Origin: Candidatus Omnitrophota bacterium
Lineage (GTDB): Bacteria > Omnitrophota > Gorgyraeia > Duberdicusellales > 4484-171
Assembly (NCBI GenBank): GCA_037146775.1
Contig: JBAWWL010000010.1
Coordinates: 12,963 to 76,962 of the forward strand
Length of the DNA: 64,000 bases
Direction: 5' to 3'
A program made the position numbers and the translations under genes. Numbering within the stretch: position 1 is the stretch's first letter; every line of letters starts with the position of its first letter. Of the stretch, positions 27,149-37,230 are shown piece after piece. The notes beneath the pieces are model-generated. The model saw nothing but the letters and a program-made list of their open reading frames with translations. It was not told the DNA's origin and searched no databases.

Positions 27149-28345
27149 TTATCTTGGTTCGGTAGCGCGTATAAGATTTGATTGTTGCGAGCTTAATGCA
27201 TCAAGAAGTTGATCTTCTTTGACTAAGCCAAGTTCTTTTAATATTTCTCCCAAAGCCACTCCCCTTTTCCAGTTAATCATCAAGGCTTCGTCGAGCTGTT
27301 CCTGGGAAAGCATGTGTTTATCCAGGAGAATCTGGCCGAGCGGTTTGTATTGCTGGATAAAGATATCGTCTTTTTTGTATACCTGTAAGTCCAATGCGTC
27401 CGGGGGGTTTATGTTACGGCGGTCGGCCATGAATTTACTGCCGGGGACAGTTTTTAAGTATTTTTTTACTTCGGCTGCCCGCTCGTTTATTTCAATGATA
27501 TTCTTGAATTCGTGGGGCTGGGTTTTATTCACTAGAGCGACGGTTACGCTCATGAGCGGCATTTTTTTAATTTGCCGCAGGCGATCGCGCGCAACCACAA
27601 AGCCCTGTTCGCGGTCTTTTAAAGAGTAATGAAAAGGGATGATGTTGTCGAATAAAAATATAAAATTTTGGCATATTTCTTTATAGCGTTCAGGAGCGGT
27701 AACAAAAACAAAATCGTCGCCGCCGATGTGGCCGATAAAATCATCTTCGCTGGAAAATTTTTTTATCACCGAATACAAAAGATAGGCGGTTTGCATCAAC
27801 ACACGGTCGCCTTTTACATAACCGTATACGTCGTTAAAATACTTAAAATTGTCAATATCGATATGGCCGAAAGTAAATGAGGTGTCTGCTTCGATCTTTT
27901 CGCGTACCACATCTTCGATGAGTCGGCTGCCAGGCAGTCCCGTAAGCGGACTCGAATAAAAACTGTGCTGATAGCGGCGAATGGCTATTTCAATGCGTGT
28001 GCGTAAATCAAGAGGGTCAGGGGGTTTGATCAGATAGTCGTCGATGCCGTGCTTTAGGGTTAAGAGTTGTTCTCTTAGCTGGCGTTTGTTGATAAGGGTA
28101 ATAACCGGAATAAGTGAGGTGATGAAATCATTTTTGATGAGCCGGCAAATTTCCAGATGGGATTTACTTGCGGAATGTACATCTACGACAATAGCGTCAG
28201 GCGCGATGCGTTTGATGACGGCGATATCGTTTATTTTTGATTCTTCGGAAAAAACTTCATATCCCCAACCGTCGAAACAAAAGCGCAAGACGTCAGTGAG
28301 GTGCTTGTCGGACGAAACAATAAGTAGGCGTTTAATTTTTTTCAT
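27149..28345 (-). CDS. REC-GGDEF-MshEN diguanylate cyclase-like protein
   Basis: Atypical REC; PLTGLPG, DIDNFKYFNDVYGYVKGD, GGDDF; C-terminal PLGQILLDKHMLSQEQLDEAL...LGEILKELGLVKEDQLLDAL. Confidence 0.88.
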   Translation of the reverse strand: MKKIKRLLIVSSDKHLTDVLRFCFDGWGYEVFSEESKINDIAVIKRIAPDAIVVDVHSASKSHLEICRLIKNDFITSLIPVITLINKRQLREQLLTLKHGIDDYLIKPPDPLDLRTRIEIAIRRYQHSFYSSPLTGLPGSRLIEDVVREKIEADTSFTFGHIDIDNFKYFNDVYGYVKGDRVLMQTAYLLYSVIKKFSSEDDFIGHIGGDDFVFVTAPERYKEICQNFIFLFDNIIPFHYSLKDREQGFVVARDRLRQIKKMPLMSVTVALVNKTQPHEFKNIIEINERAAEVKKYLKTVPGSKFMADRRNINPPDALDLQVYKKDDIFIQQYKPLGQILLDKHMLSQEQLDEALMINWKRGVALGEILKELGLVKEDQLLDALSSQQSNLIRATEPR

Positions 28346-28405
28346 TAACTCAATTTATTATAGCAACAAAAGTGTTAAAAAAGCAAGGAAGTTTTGAAAA
28401 TTTGT

Positions 28406-29458
28406 TCAGGATTTATCGGAATTAAGTAGGTAGAGCGCTTTTTCCAAGACGTTATCCGGAGTGATTGATGTAAGGCATAAAAAGTTTTTTGTGCAATTGT
28501 GCGCCAGACATTCAAAGCAACCTACATTTTTATGCAGATAGATCGATTTGTTACCCAAGGGTTTCCAGCGTTCAGGCGAGAGCCCGGGGTCGCTTCTACC
28601 AAAGATTGATATCACCGGAATACGTAACGCGGCCGCGATATGAACAGGGCCGGAGTCGTTGGAGATGAATAACCGTGAGCGTTTTAAGAGCGAGCCTACC
28701 TCGCTAATAGTTAAGTTACCCCGCAGGTCGATTACGCTGTTCTCTCCTACTATTTTTTGAGCATATGCTTTTTCCCGCTCCGCGGTTATAACGACGATTT
28801 TCATCTTGGTTTTTTCTTTCAGTAGCTTGACGAGTTGGGAAAAATGTTCTTGCGGCCAGCGTTTTGAAGGACACGATGCCGAGGGGTGGATAACGATAAA
28901 CGGATCATTTTCGCTTATGCCATGGCGTGCTAATATGGTTTCTATTGAGTGTTCGGCATCTTTGTGTATGGGGAAATAGAGGTCTCTGTCCACTATGGGT
29001 ATGCCGATTTCACGTAAGATATCAAGCGTATATTCTGACTCATGCTTTGTTCCTTCCTGCTTGAGGTGTTCAATCGGAACGTTTAGGAGCCAGCCTAATT
29101 TTCTATTCCAGCCTACACGCCGCGGGATACCGCTAAAAAAAGTCAGCAGGTTCACGCGATTTGTCGGGTGGAGTATGATTGCCAAGTCAAATTTATATTT
29201 ACGCAAGGTAAATGAGAACCATAAGGTTGCTAAGAAATTTTTATGCCGTTTATCTTTGTCGTAGACGATGATTTCGTCAAGATACGGGTTACCATTGAGA
29301 GCATCTTTAGTGTATGGCCGGCACATAAACGCAAGATAAGCGTTAGGGTAGTAATTGCGTATGTTTTTGATAGCCGGCGTTGAAAGGATGACATCTCCGA
29401 GGCGATCGGTACGAATAATAAGGATTCGTTTAGGATTATTGGTAAAGATGTCCATCAA
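28406..29458 (-). CDS. waaF: LPS heptosyltransferase (GT9)
   Basis: RTDRLGDVILSTP, SKRWP, SNDSGPVHIAAA. Confidence 0.8.
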   Translation of the reverse strand: MMDIFTNNPKRILIIRTDRLGDVILSTPAIKNIRNYYPNAYLAFMCRPYTKDALNGNPYLDEIIVYDKDKRHKNFLATLWFSFTLRKYKFDLAIILHPTNRVNLLTFFSGIPRRVGWNRKLGWLLNVPIEHLKQEGTKHESEYTLDILREIGIPIVDRDLYFPIHKDAEHSIETILARHGISENDPFIVIHPSASCPSKRWPQEHFSQLVKLLKEKTKMKIVVITAEREKAYAQKIVGENSVIDLRGNLTISEVGSLLKRSRLFISNDSGPVHIAAALRIPVISIFGRSDPGLSPERWKPLGNKSIYLHKNVGCFECLAHNCTKNFLCLTSITPDNVLEKALYLLNSDKS

Positions 29459-30429
29459 TCCTCCACTCTATTGCCGGCGTTTTTATGATACATATCGTTA
29501 TAGAGCTGCTGCACTGCCTTAACTACTTGCCCGGGGTTTATTTCCATACATTGATGATTCATGTGGCAATGCGGCTTCTCGCAAGGAACACAGGGTAGTT
29601 GTTCATTATACAGTACCGTGTACTTTGTGGACCAGGGGCCGTAACGCTGGGGGCTGTTTTGCCCGAAAAGCGCCACTGTCGGAATATTAAGATAACTTGT
29701 GATATGTAAGATGCTTGAATCAACGCACACCAGAAGCTGACAATGTTTTTTTATAAGATAAAATACTTCATGTATGGCGGTTTTGCCGACGAGGTCAACT
29801 ATGCCTTCCATACCAAGAATGTCTTTGTAAAATTGACGGTCACGTTCCTGGCCCAAGATAATCATAGGAGCAACTTGCTTTAATTGCCTTATGGTTTCGG
29901 CTAAATGTTTATAAGGGTATTGTTTTTGCAGGGCATTTGAAGCGCAGGCGATAAATATTGCGTTGGGCAATTTATAATTTTCCCATTTTTTACTTTCGGT
30001 ATCATTTAGAATAAAATCGCTGATGGCCCTAGGCGCTTTCGGGGCAAATGGGGCTATGAGCGCAAGATAGGCGTCTTTTGCGTGCTGGTGGGAAGTTTTT
30101 GCCCGGCAAAAAGGCGTGTGTTTTCCTCCGCTTACAAGTGGAAGCAGCGAATTCTTCAAATCAACCATCAAGTCGCAGCTGCCGGCTAAAGAAAACGCGA
30201 AACGCATTTTTTTCCAAATATTCCAACGTTTATCAAAAACGAGTACGCGGTTAATATTATTATGGCGACTGAAAAATTCTTCTGTCTGGCGTGAGGCTAT
30301 AACGCTGATCTGGCTTGCAGGGTAACACGATCTCAACGCGTCTATGACCGGTAATCCCAGGACAGTGTCGCCTATGTTAGTGGGAAAATTTATGGTAATA
30401 CGATGATAATAAGGTTCATTCTTAGGCAT
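29455..30429 (-). CDS. GT9 glycosyltransferase
   Basis: PTNIGDTVL, VDSSILH, CVPCEKPHC. Confidence 0.85.
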   Translation of the reverse strand: MPKNEPYYHRITINFPTNIGDTVLGLPVIDALRSCYPASQISVIASRQTEEFFSRHNNINRVLVFDKRWNIWKKMRFAFSLAGSCDLMVDLKNSLLPLVSGGKHTPFCRAKTSHQHAKDAYLALIAPFAPKAPRAISDFILNDTESKKWENYKLPNAIFIACASNALQKQYPYKHLAETIRQLKQVAPMIILGQERDRQFYKDILGMEGIVDLVGKTAIHEVFYLIKKHCQLLVCVDSSILHITSYLNIPTVALFGQNSPQRYGPWSTKYTVLYNEQLPCVPCEKPHCHMNHQCMEINPGQVVKAVQQLYNDMYHKNAGNRVED

Positions 30430-31432
30430 GTTTTAAAATGGATTGTATTTCCAGCAAAACGTCTTCCACGCTGATTGCTTTCATGCACACATTATTTTTA
30501 CAGTCTAGGCGGTAACAAGGGGTGGGACAGTCAAGATGCTTCCTGATAACTGTTACATGTTTTCCTATTGGTCTGGCAATCTTTTCTGAGGTAGGTCCAA
30601 AGAGAGCGAGGGTGTGTACTCCTGTGGCAGCGGCCAAATGTGCAGGCCCTGAATCTGCCGAGATAAAGATATCCATCTCCTCTATCAATGCGGCTAGTTC
30701 CGGCAAGTCAGTTTTACCGCAGAGATTATACGGTTTTTCTTGCATCAAATTTGCGATTTCTTCAGCGCAGGAACAGTCTCTTGATGCACCGACAAGAATT
30801 ATTGCGCATTTTGTTTCTTTGGTCAGCCGATCAGCGAGCTTAGCGATATATGCCGCTGGCCAGCGCTTCAGGTGCCAGTTTCCCGAAGGATTAATACCTA
30901 TAAGATACGAATATTTTTTACGTGCTTCTTCGATCAGCCATCTATATTTTTCCTTCTGCTTTTCTGTAGTATATAATTTAGGCAGCTTATCGTTGATAAT
31001 AATTCCCATTTCTTCAAAAAGACACAAGTAATAATCTTGACGATGAAGATTACCCGCCGGCGGCGTAATCGCGGCATTTATTACTCCAATGGTTTTTAGG
31101 CGACGGTAGCCTATTCGTCTTTTTATGCCGGCCAGCCAACAAATCAGCGCGCGGGTAAATGAGCGATGTATTAAAAAAGCTGTATCGAATTTTTTTGCTT
31201 TGAGTAATTTTACGAAACGCAGTTTTGCGAGGAGGCTTCTTTGGGATGTTTTTTCGTCAAAAATTATGATTTCATCGATATATGGATTATTCGCAAACAC
31301 GCCCCTGACCCGTTCGGGAGCCATTACCGCCACATATGCGGAAGGAAATTTTTCTTTAAGCGCCCGAAATGCGGGTGTAGTAATGATGGCGTCGCCTATC
31401 CAGTTAATATTAACTACAAGAATACGATTCAT
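30422..31432 (-). CDS. LPS heptosyltransferase II-like (GT9)
   Basis: NWIGDAIITTP, KRWP, ADSGPAHLAAA. Confidence 0.85.
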   Translation of the reverse strand: MNRILVVNINWIGDAIITTPAFRALKEKFPSAYVAVMAPERVRGVFANNPYIDEIIIFDEKTSQRSLLAKLRFVKLLKAKKFDTAFLIHRSFTRALICWLAGIKRRIGYRRLKTIGVINAAITPPAGNLHRQDYYLCLFEEMGIIINDKLPKLYTTEKQKEKYRWLIEEARKKYSYLIGINPSGNWHLKRWPAAYIAKLADRLTKETKCAIILVGASRDCSCAEEIANLMQEKPYNLCGKTDLPELAALIEEMDIFISADSGPAHLAAATGVHTLALFGPTSEKIARPIGKHVTVIRKHLDCPTPCYRLDCKNNVCMKAISVEDVLLEIQSILKHA

Positions 31433-31474
31433 TATTCCGGATATAAAGTTTACGTATGTGTGGTGAAGTAATCC

Positions 31475-32242
31475 TTAGTACGGTTTTTTAACATTTTTAA
31501 AAAGAGTATAAAAACCGCTTAATTTTGCCCATAAGCTTATATGTGAATCGCGGTTGGTGGCTTTGATTCTGCGTAACGCAAAGCGATCCAGCTGCTTTGA
31601 GAAGCCCCGGTTCGTGGCGCAGGCGCATAGATATCTGACCGAGGCTACTTCATTGAGCGTGCGTTCGTCAAAGGCTCCTCCCGGATAAGCGATTGCGGTT
31701 ATTTCGCAGGAAAATAGGCGCGAGAGTGTTTCTTTTGAGCCTTGGATTTCGCGGGTAAGCTTTTCGCGGCTTATTTTTGATAAATCCGGATGGGTAAGTG
31801 TGTGCGAGCCGATTTGTACCTTTGTATTTTTTAGGAACGTGCGTATATCGTCTTGTGAGAGATATCCCGGTTGATTAATTTTATTAACTACTATAAATAT
31901 AGTCGCGGGAAAATTGAATACGCGTAAGATGCGTATTGCCTCTAGATTATTCTTGTAGCCGTCATCCAGAGTTATCACTACCAGGTTTCGAGCGGGCCGT
32001 TTATTGGCTTTGAGAAGCTGGGCGTATTCCTGAAGAGAGATGACTTTATAGTCGTTGTTTTTGATATATTGCATCTGTTGATAGAAATGAGCAGGAGTCA
32101 CTGTATTGTTACTCTTTGTTTTTGCGTTGTCTATCGAATGGTACATGAGAATGGGGACGGTATAGTTTTGGTCAGCATAAAACCAGAAAAATATTCCAAA
32201 AAACAGAATAACCGCAAATATGATTTTTAACAATGTTTTCAT
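31475..32242 (-). CDS. Polysaccharide deacetylase (CE4)
   Basis: PILMYH, ITLDDGY, GSHTLTHP, AYPGG. Confidence 0.9.
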   Translation of the reverse strand: MKTLLKIIFAVILFFGIFFWFYADQNYTVPILMYHSIDNAKTKSNNTVTPAHFYQQMQYIKNNDYKVISLQEYAQLLKANKRPARNLVVITLDDGYKNNLEAIRILRVFNFPATIFIVVNKINQPGYLSQDDIRTFLKNTKVQIGSHTLTHPDLSKISREKLTREIQGSKETLSRLFSCEITAIAYPGGAFDERTLNEVASVRYLCACATNRGFSKQLDRFALRRIKATNRDSHISLWAKLSGFYTLFKNVKKPY

Positions 32243-33312
32243 CTTATCAACTCCTTGTAAACATTTTCTGTCGCAGTAGCCATTCTCGCCAGCGAAAACA
32301 GAGAAACGTCTTCACGGGCATTCTCGACAAGTTGCGTGCAGAGATTACGATGAGACAGGATCCCTTCGATTGCTTCTTGCAGGCTGGAGCCGTCGTGATG
32401 ATAAAAGAGAACGCCATTTTCGCCGTTACGAATTATTTCGGCAATGCCACCGGTATTGAAGCCGACAACTGGTACCCCCTTAGCAAAGGCTTCGACTATC
32501 GCGTAGCCGAACCCCTCTCTCTTTGAAGGTACGACCAGTATGTCCGGAATATCCAAAAAATCCTTTGAATCCATATCGAAAAATTTCACCCGCTGCTCCA
32601 GGTCGGCAAGTTTGAAAAAAAGCTTCAGTTGCCGCAGCAACCTCCCCTTGCCGCTTACCGCAAGATAGACGTTGGGGTGATTAAACGAAAGTAACTTTAA
32701 CGCTTCGGCAGCGATAAAATGGCCTTTTTCTTCGGAAATCCTGCCCAGGATCCCTATAACAAAATCAGTTTCCTTAAAACCGTAATCAATCTTTGATTTT
32801 CGGCGTACGGTGAATTCTTTTTCGTCGATACCATTGTGGATCATTCTGATCTTACTTTCGTCTATGTGCATGTCTTGGTGTAAATGTTTTTTGACAGCTT
32901 CGCTCACTGCGATAGTACGTAATCCTGCCAGTTTGAAATGCCTGCGCCATACCGTAGGCTGGTGAAAGCCATGAAAGGTGCTTATGTAGGGAATTTTGCG
33001 CAGTTTATATGTCAAATAAGCGAGATATTGCGTTACGCGTGTATTGGCATGAATAATCTGGATTTGTTCGCGAGCGACAAAAGACAGCAATGCGTTTAAT
33101 GACAGAGGTATTTTCAGGCTGCAGATTGATTTTGTTTTAATCGGCAGATATATGTGCGTAATATTAGATTGGGTGAGTTTCGGCAGCCATTCGCCGCCCG
33201 AAGACCCTACCCAAACCCGGTGGCCACGTTCCTTGAGCCCTTTAGCGAGATTTAATGTATAACGAGAAATGCCTGCCGGGTTAAAATGAGTGCAGAGAAT
33301 AAGAATATTCAT
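32239..33312 (-). CDS. GT4 glycosyltransferase
   Basis: Start MNILIL at 33312 overlapping upstream stop; GRISEEKG, EGFGYAIVEA. Confidence 0.88.
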   Translation of the reverse strand: MNILILCTHFNPAGISRYTLNLAKGLKERGHRVWVGSSGGEWLPKLTQSNITHIYLPIKTKSICSLKIPLSLNALLSFVAREQIQIIHANTRVTQYLAYLTYKLRKIPYISTFHGFHQPTVWRRHFKLAGLRTIAVSEAVKKHLHQDMHIDESKIRMIHNGIDEKEFTVRRKSKIDYGFKETDFVIGILGRISEEKGHFIAAEALKLLSFNHPNVYLAVSGKGRLLRQLKLFFKLADLEQRVKFFDMDSKDFLDIPDILVVPSKREGFGYAIVEAFAKGVPVVGFNTGGIAEIIRNGENGVLFYHHDGSSLQEAIEGILSHRNLCTQLVENAREDVSLFSLARMATATENVYKELIR

Positions 33313-35378
33313 CAGTCTGTGAGTATCTCTTTTATTTTTGCGAATACTTCCTGGGGGGTAATTTTTTTCATGCACAAATCTTTTTCTTCCGTCTTTTTCT
33401 TGCATTGCGGCGAGTAACAAAATGAGCATAAAAGGTCTTTACAGAATATATGCAGGTTGTTTGCTTTTATCGTATGTCTATTTGGGTCGGTTGGGCCAAA
33501 AAATGCAATCGTAGGAATGCCTATTGCCTGTGCCAGATGCAGGGTGGCCGTGTCCGGCGTGATAAACAGTTTTAGCTTGCTGAACAATACCGGTAAATCT
33601 TGCAGTGATGTTTTTGCACATAGATTGACGGGGCGAGGGGTAATATAAGATTCAATTTTATCTGCCTTTTCTTTTGCGCTTTCGTCTCCGATTAAAACGA
33701 CTTTATAATACGGTAGGTGCTTATAGATGAGTTCGATTAAATTAACTACGTGTGCGAACGGCCAGTTTTTCGATTGCCAGCGCTTCGACGCAGATATATT
33801 GATGCCGATAAGATTATCTCCGTCTATGTTTAGCTTCGCAGCCGGTTCTTTTGGTTCCCAGAATAAAAGCTTTTTATCGGCGATCGAGATACCCAACAGC
33901 TGCAGAATACGTTCCTGCGAAGTAAGCGGATCGTCGGCATGGTTAGTGCGTATATGTTTTGTAAGCAGAAAACCCCAGCGTAAGGAATATCCTAATGAAT
34001 AATGAGGGTAGCTTAAATATGAAATTAAATGTGAAGCATGGTTATTCTGAAGATCAATTATATAATCAAATCCCTTGCGGCGCAGGATCCGGGCTACGGT
34101 TTTTATGTTGGCAAATTTTTTATAATCAACGTCGAGCGTGATGACTTCGTCAAGATACGGGCATCCGTATAAGATTGGCGCGTATTGTTTCAGAGTGAGC
34201 AGGCAGATTTTTCCTTCCGGAAAGCGTTCCTTCAAGGCTTTCAGGGATGGAATTGCCAGGATTAAGTCGCCCAGGGAAGAGATTTTAATGATGAGAATGC
34301 GAAAATAGCTGATAGTTTTTTGATATACAGCTTGTGTTTCTTTGAGGCACTTTTCCATTGAGTAGAGTCTTTCGACTTTCTCTCGCGCATTTTTTGCTAA
34401 CGTATCGGCGAGCGTGTTATCGCCGAGCAGTTTGACCATTGCATTGGCTATCGCTTCGCTGTTCTTTGGCTCAACGCTGATGCCGTCGATATTATCTTCG
34501 ATAATCTCGCTTACTCCGCCAACGTTGGTGGCGATAACCGGGATGCCGCAGGCATATGCTTCCAGTACCGATCGCGGAAAAGCCTCGTCAATTACCGAAG
34601 GTACTATGACCATCCGCGCGTGGCTCAACACATTCTCGACGTCGGGCCTAAAACCAATAAATTTTACATTGCGATCGAGAGCATAGCGGTTTACCAATGT
34701 CTTTAGGTGCTGTAAATAATCGAGTTTTGATTTATCGGCAGAACCGACAATTTCCAAGGTTAAAAATGGGTTGTTCCTCATTACTTTTTTGAATGCTTCG
34801 ATGAGATATTCGTACCCTTTGGAAGGAGAAACGCGCCCCACGCTGACAATGATGTTGCTATTTTTTCTTATCTCAGGATCGGTGTAGGTGAATTTATGCA
34901 GATTTACCCAACGGTTTATTACTACGATTTTGTCTTCGCTCACCCCGAATGTTTCTTTCATGTGCCGGGCAACGGCTTTTGACGGACAAATGACAAATTT
35001 ACCCCAGCCCATTACTTCGCTGGAAGATTTACTTTTATAGATGCCATGGATTGTGGTAATAAAATATGCCTTGCGGCCTCTGGAAGCAAAAAAACTGATC
35101 CAGCCGGGTACCCGTGAGCGGGCATGAATAATATCTACATGCTCTTTCTCGAGTATTTTGCGTAGGTCGGAAATAAGAAAAAACGAAAAAAGAGACTTTT
35201 TATAGACCGGTAGGGTATAATGCGGGATACCCTCGGCCGCCAATTGCTCTACCAGGCGCCCGCCACCGCTGACGACAATATTTTGGATGTCTTTATCTTT
35301 GAAATAGGTGGCTAAGTCAATCACTCCTCGTTCAACGCCGCCAATCTCCATGTATGGCAAAATCTGCATTATTTTCAT
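33312..35378 (-). CDS. GT4-GT9 fusion glycosyltransferase
   Basis: N-half GGVERG, HARSRVP, EAFPRSVLEA; C-half KISSLGDLI, SKNWP, PDTATLH; start MKIMQI. Confidence 0.88.
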   Translation of the reverse strand: MKIMQILPYMEIGGVERGVIDLATYFKDKDIQNIVVSGGGRLVEQLAAEGIPHYTLPVYKKSLFSFFLISDLRKILEKEHVDIIHARSRVPGWISFFASRGRKAYFITTIHGIYKSKSSSEVMGWGKFVICPSKAVARHMKETFGVSEDKIVVINRWVNLHKFTYTDPEIRKNSNIIVSVGRVSPSKGYEYLIEAFKKVMRNNPFLTLEIVGSADKSKLDYLQHLKTLVNRYALDRNVKFIGFRPDVENVLSHARMVIVPSVIDEAFPRSVLEAYACGIPVIATNVGGVSEIIEDNIDGISVEPKNSEAIANAMVKLLGDNTLADTLAKNAREKVERLYSMEKCLKETQAVYQKTISYFRILIIKISSLGDLILAIPSLKALKERFPEGKICLLTLKQYAPILYGCPYLDEVITLDVDYKKFANIKTVARILRRKGFDYIIDLQNNHASHLISYLSYPHYSLGYSLRWGFLLTKHIRTNHADDPLTSQERILQLLGISIADKKLLFWEPKEPAAKLNIDGDNLIGINISASKRWQSKNWPFAHVVNLIELIYKHLPYYKVVLIGDESAKEKADKIESYITPRPVNLCAKTSLQDLPVLFSKLKLFITPDTATLHLAQAIGIPTIAFFGPTDPNRHTIKANNLHIFCKDLLCSFCYSPQCKKKTEEKDLCMKKITPQEVFAKIKEILTD

Positions 35379-35406
35379 TGATTTCCCCCGGAAAATGATC
35401 GTTATA

Positions 35407-37212
35407 TCACAATAATCTTCGGATGCCTTCTCTGACTGCCTTCTTGTTGTAATTAAAAATAGAAGGAGTAACAGATTTAATATCACCTATATTATACGGT
35501 TTATCTAGAAAATTGACATCATTTTCTAAAGACTCTAAAAACACTTTATGTTTATCTATGTGTTTTTCCAGCAGGACGCAGACACATAATTTTCCTAATG
35601 CGGCGATTTCAGAGATCATCGAAATGCTTTCGCTTGTAACAAAAACAATATCTGCAAGCGAAGAAAAACCGTCAAAGACACAATCATAGTTTTGCCGGCT
35701 GGGGTAAACGATAGCTTCGGTATTTTTAAACGGGGCTAATTCTTTTTCGACATACATCTCGAGTATTTTTGGGGTGCGTCTTGAAGTGCTGGCGATAATA
35801 CCGTAGTTGTGCGTAAGGCAGAATTCTTTTAAGCGCATGACAAAGGTGGCCAGATTTGTGGTATATCCTTGCGTATCGGATATCGGGCCGCCTAAAAAAA
35901 ATGCTACTTTCTTTTTTTCGCTTAAGCTAAAAATCCCTCTGCATTCATTGATTTTGTCGGTAACCTTGGCGGGATAGGTGAGTGCGCCTTTTATCTTGAC
36001 TGTACGGGGCCCTTCGATGCGGTCGTGCAAAGGAATGATGCTCAGATCGAATTTGCGTAAAGGAATATTGGGGCGCAGAATAACCACTGACTTTGCTCCC
36101 AGCGAAGCAGCCATGATTTTATTGACCGGTGCAACCGTACTGCCGGTGCTTACGACGATATCGGCGTAGGTATGCTCTATTTCTTCTTTGGTCCGTTTAC
36201 TTAACAGCCATTTTAAGCAGCTACCGCAGCCGGTGCATGCCTTGCAGGAAAATAATGCACAGGTTTCTGCCACTATGCGCGCGAGAGCGTTTTTGTATTG
36301 GATGTTGATGATTTTGCTGCGAATAATAAACTCTTCTTCCGAAAATATCGACACAAACGCTTTTGATTGTTTTAGGTGTCCCGGTTTTGCGTCGCTTATG
36401 ATCGCGATATCCAAATCCTTTTTGCGTTTGAAACGCTTATGGCACCATAGATATTCCCAAGGGTATTTTTCCAAATAACGTTCATAAATACAGTTTAATT
36501 CGCGCAATATATCCGCATCTTCCCTGGATTGAGGGTCGATCGGCTTGCCAATCTCGACTGTGCTGGAAAAATCTTTTTCACGGTAACCGAAACAGGGATA
36601 TATTTTTTTATTCAGTTTTTTCGCCAAATAAACAGCTCCGCTTGGTGTGGGAACCATATGTGTAAAGAATTGAACTGTAAGCGCGTTATCCTCCGCTCCG
36701 TGATCAATGACCATACCAATGACATAGCCGTTGTGCAGGCTGCGTACCGCGTCTTTAAGAGAATAGGTAAGCTCAAGAGACGACTCGGCGCGTAATTCGC
36801 CAAGGAAAGCATCAAGGTGTTTCTTTTTTTGTTCTTTTGCGAACATTTTATATTTAAGCCGGCTTGCGATGAGATAATTATAAATTTCCCAACTGCCTTC
36901 GTGGATAGCAACAAGAATGCCACCGTCTTTATCGATATGCTCCAGGCCTTTTACGGTAACGTATTTGAGTATGCGTGGAGCGATCATACTTTCGATTCCT
37001 GCCAGAGCCAGATAGTTAAAGTGTTTGCGGATAATATGTCTTATCTCAGCATTACTTTTCTGAGGAAATACTGATTTTAGGTTTTTAAAGGCAATGCGTC
37101 GTTTTTTGAGGTTGTAATAAAGAACACAACCTACGAGGTTGCCTAGCCACAGCGAACACCAAAGAGGCGCACGCAAAAAAATAGTTCTAAAAAATTTCGC
37201 GAGATAATACAT
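35407..37212 (-). CDS. Lipid A acyltransferase (LpxL-like) fused to ELM1/GtrOC1-family domain
   Basis: IHEGSWE, YPWEYLWCHKRFK; then SDAKPGH, PLHDR, STSRRTP, VTSESISMISE. Confidence 0.82.
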   Translation of the reverse strand: MYYLAKFFRTIFLRAPLWCSLWLGNLVGCVLYYNLKKRRIAFKNLKSVFPQKSNAEIRHIIRKHFNYLALAGIESMIAPRILKYVTVKGLEHIDKDGGILVAIHEGSWEIYNYLIASRLKYKMFAKEQKKKHLDAFLGELRAESSLELTYSLKDAVRSLHNGYVIGMVIDHGAEDNALTVQFFTHMVPTPSGAVYLAKKLNKKIYPCFGYREKDFSSTVEIGKPIDPQSREDADILRELNCIYERYLEKYPWEYLWCHKRFKRKKDLDIAIISDAKPGHLKQSKAFVSIFSEEEFIIRSKIINIQYKNALARIVAETCALFSCKACTGCGSCLKWLLSKRTKEEIEHTYADIVVSTGSTVAPVNKIMAASLGAKSVVILRPNIPLRKFDLSIIPLHDRIEGPRTVKIKGALTYPAKVTDKINECRGIFSLSEKKKVAFFLGGPISDTQGYTTNLATFVMRLKEFCLTHNYGIIASTSRRTPKILEMYVEKELAPFKNTEAIVYPSRQNYDCVFDGFSSLADIVFVTSESISMISEIAALGKLCVCVLLEKHIDKHKVFLESLENDVNFLDKPYNIGDIKSVTPSIFNYNKKAVREGIRRLL

Positions 37213-37230
37213 GTTTGTATTTATTCCTTT

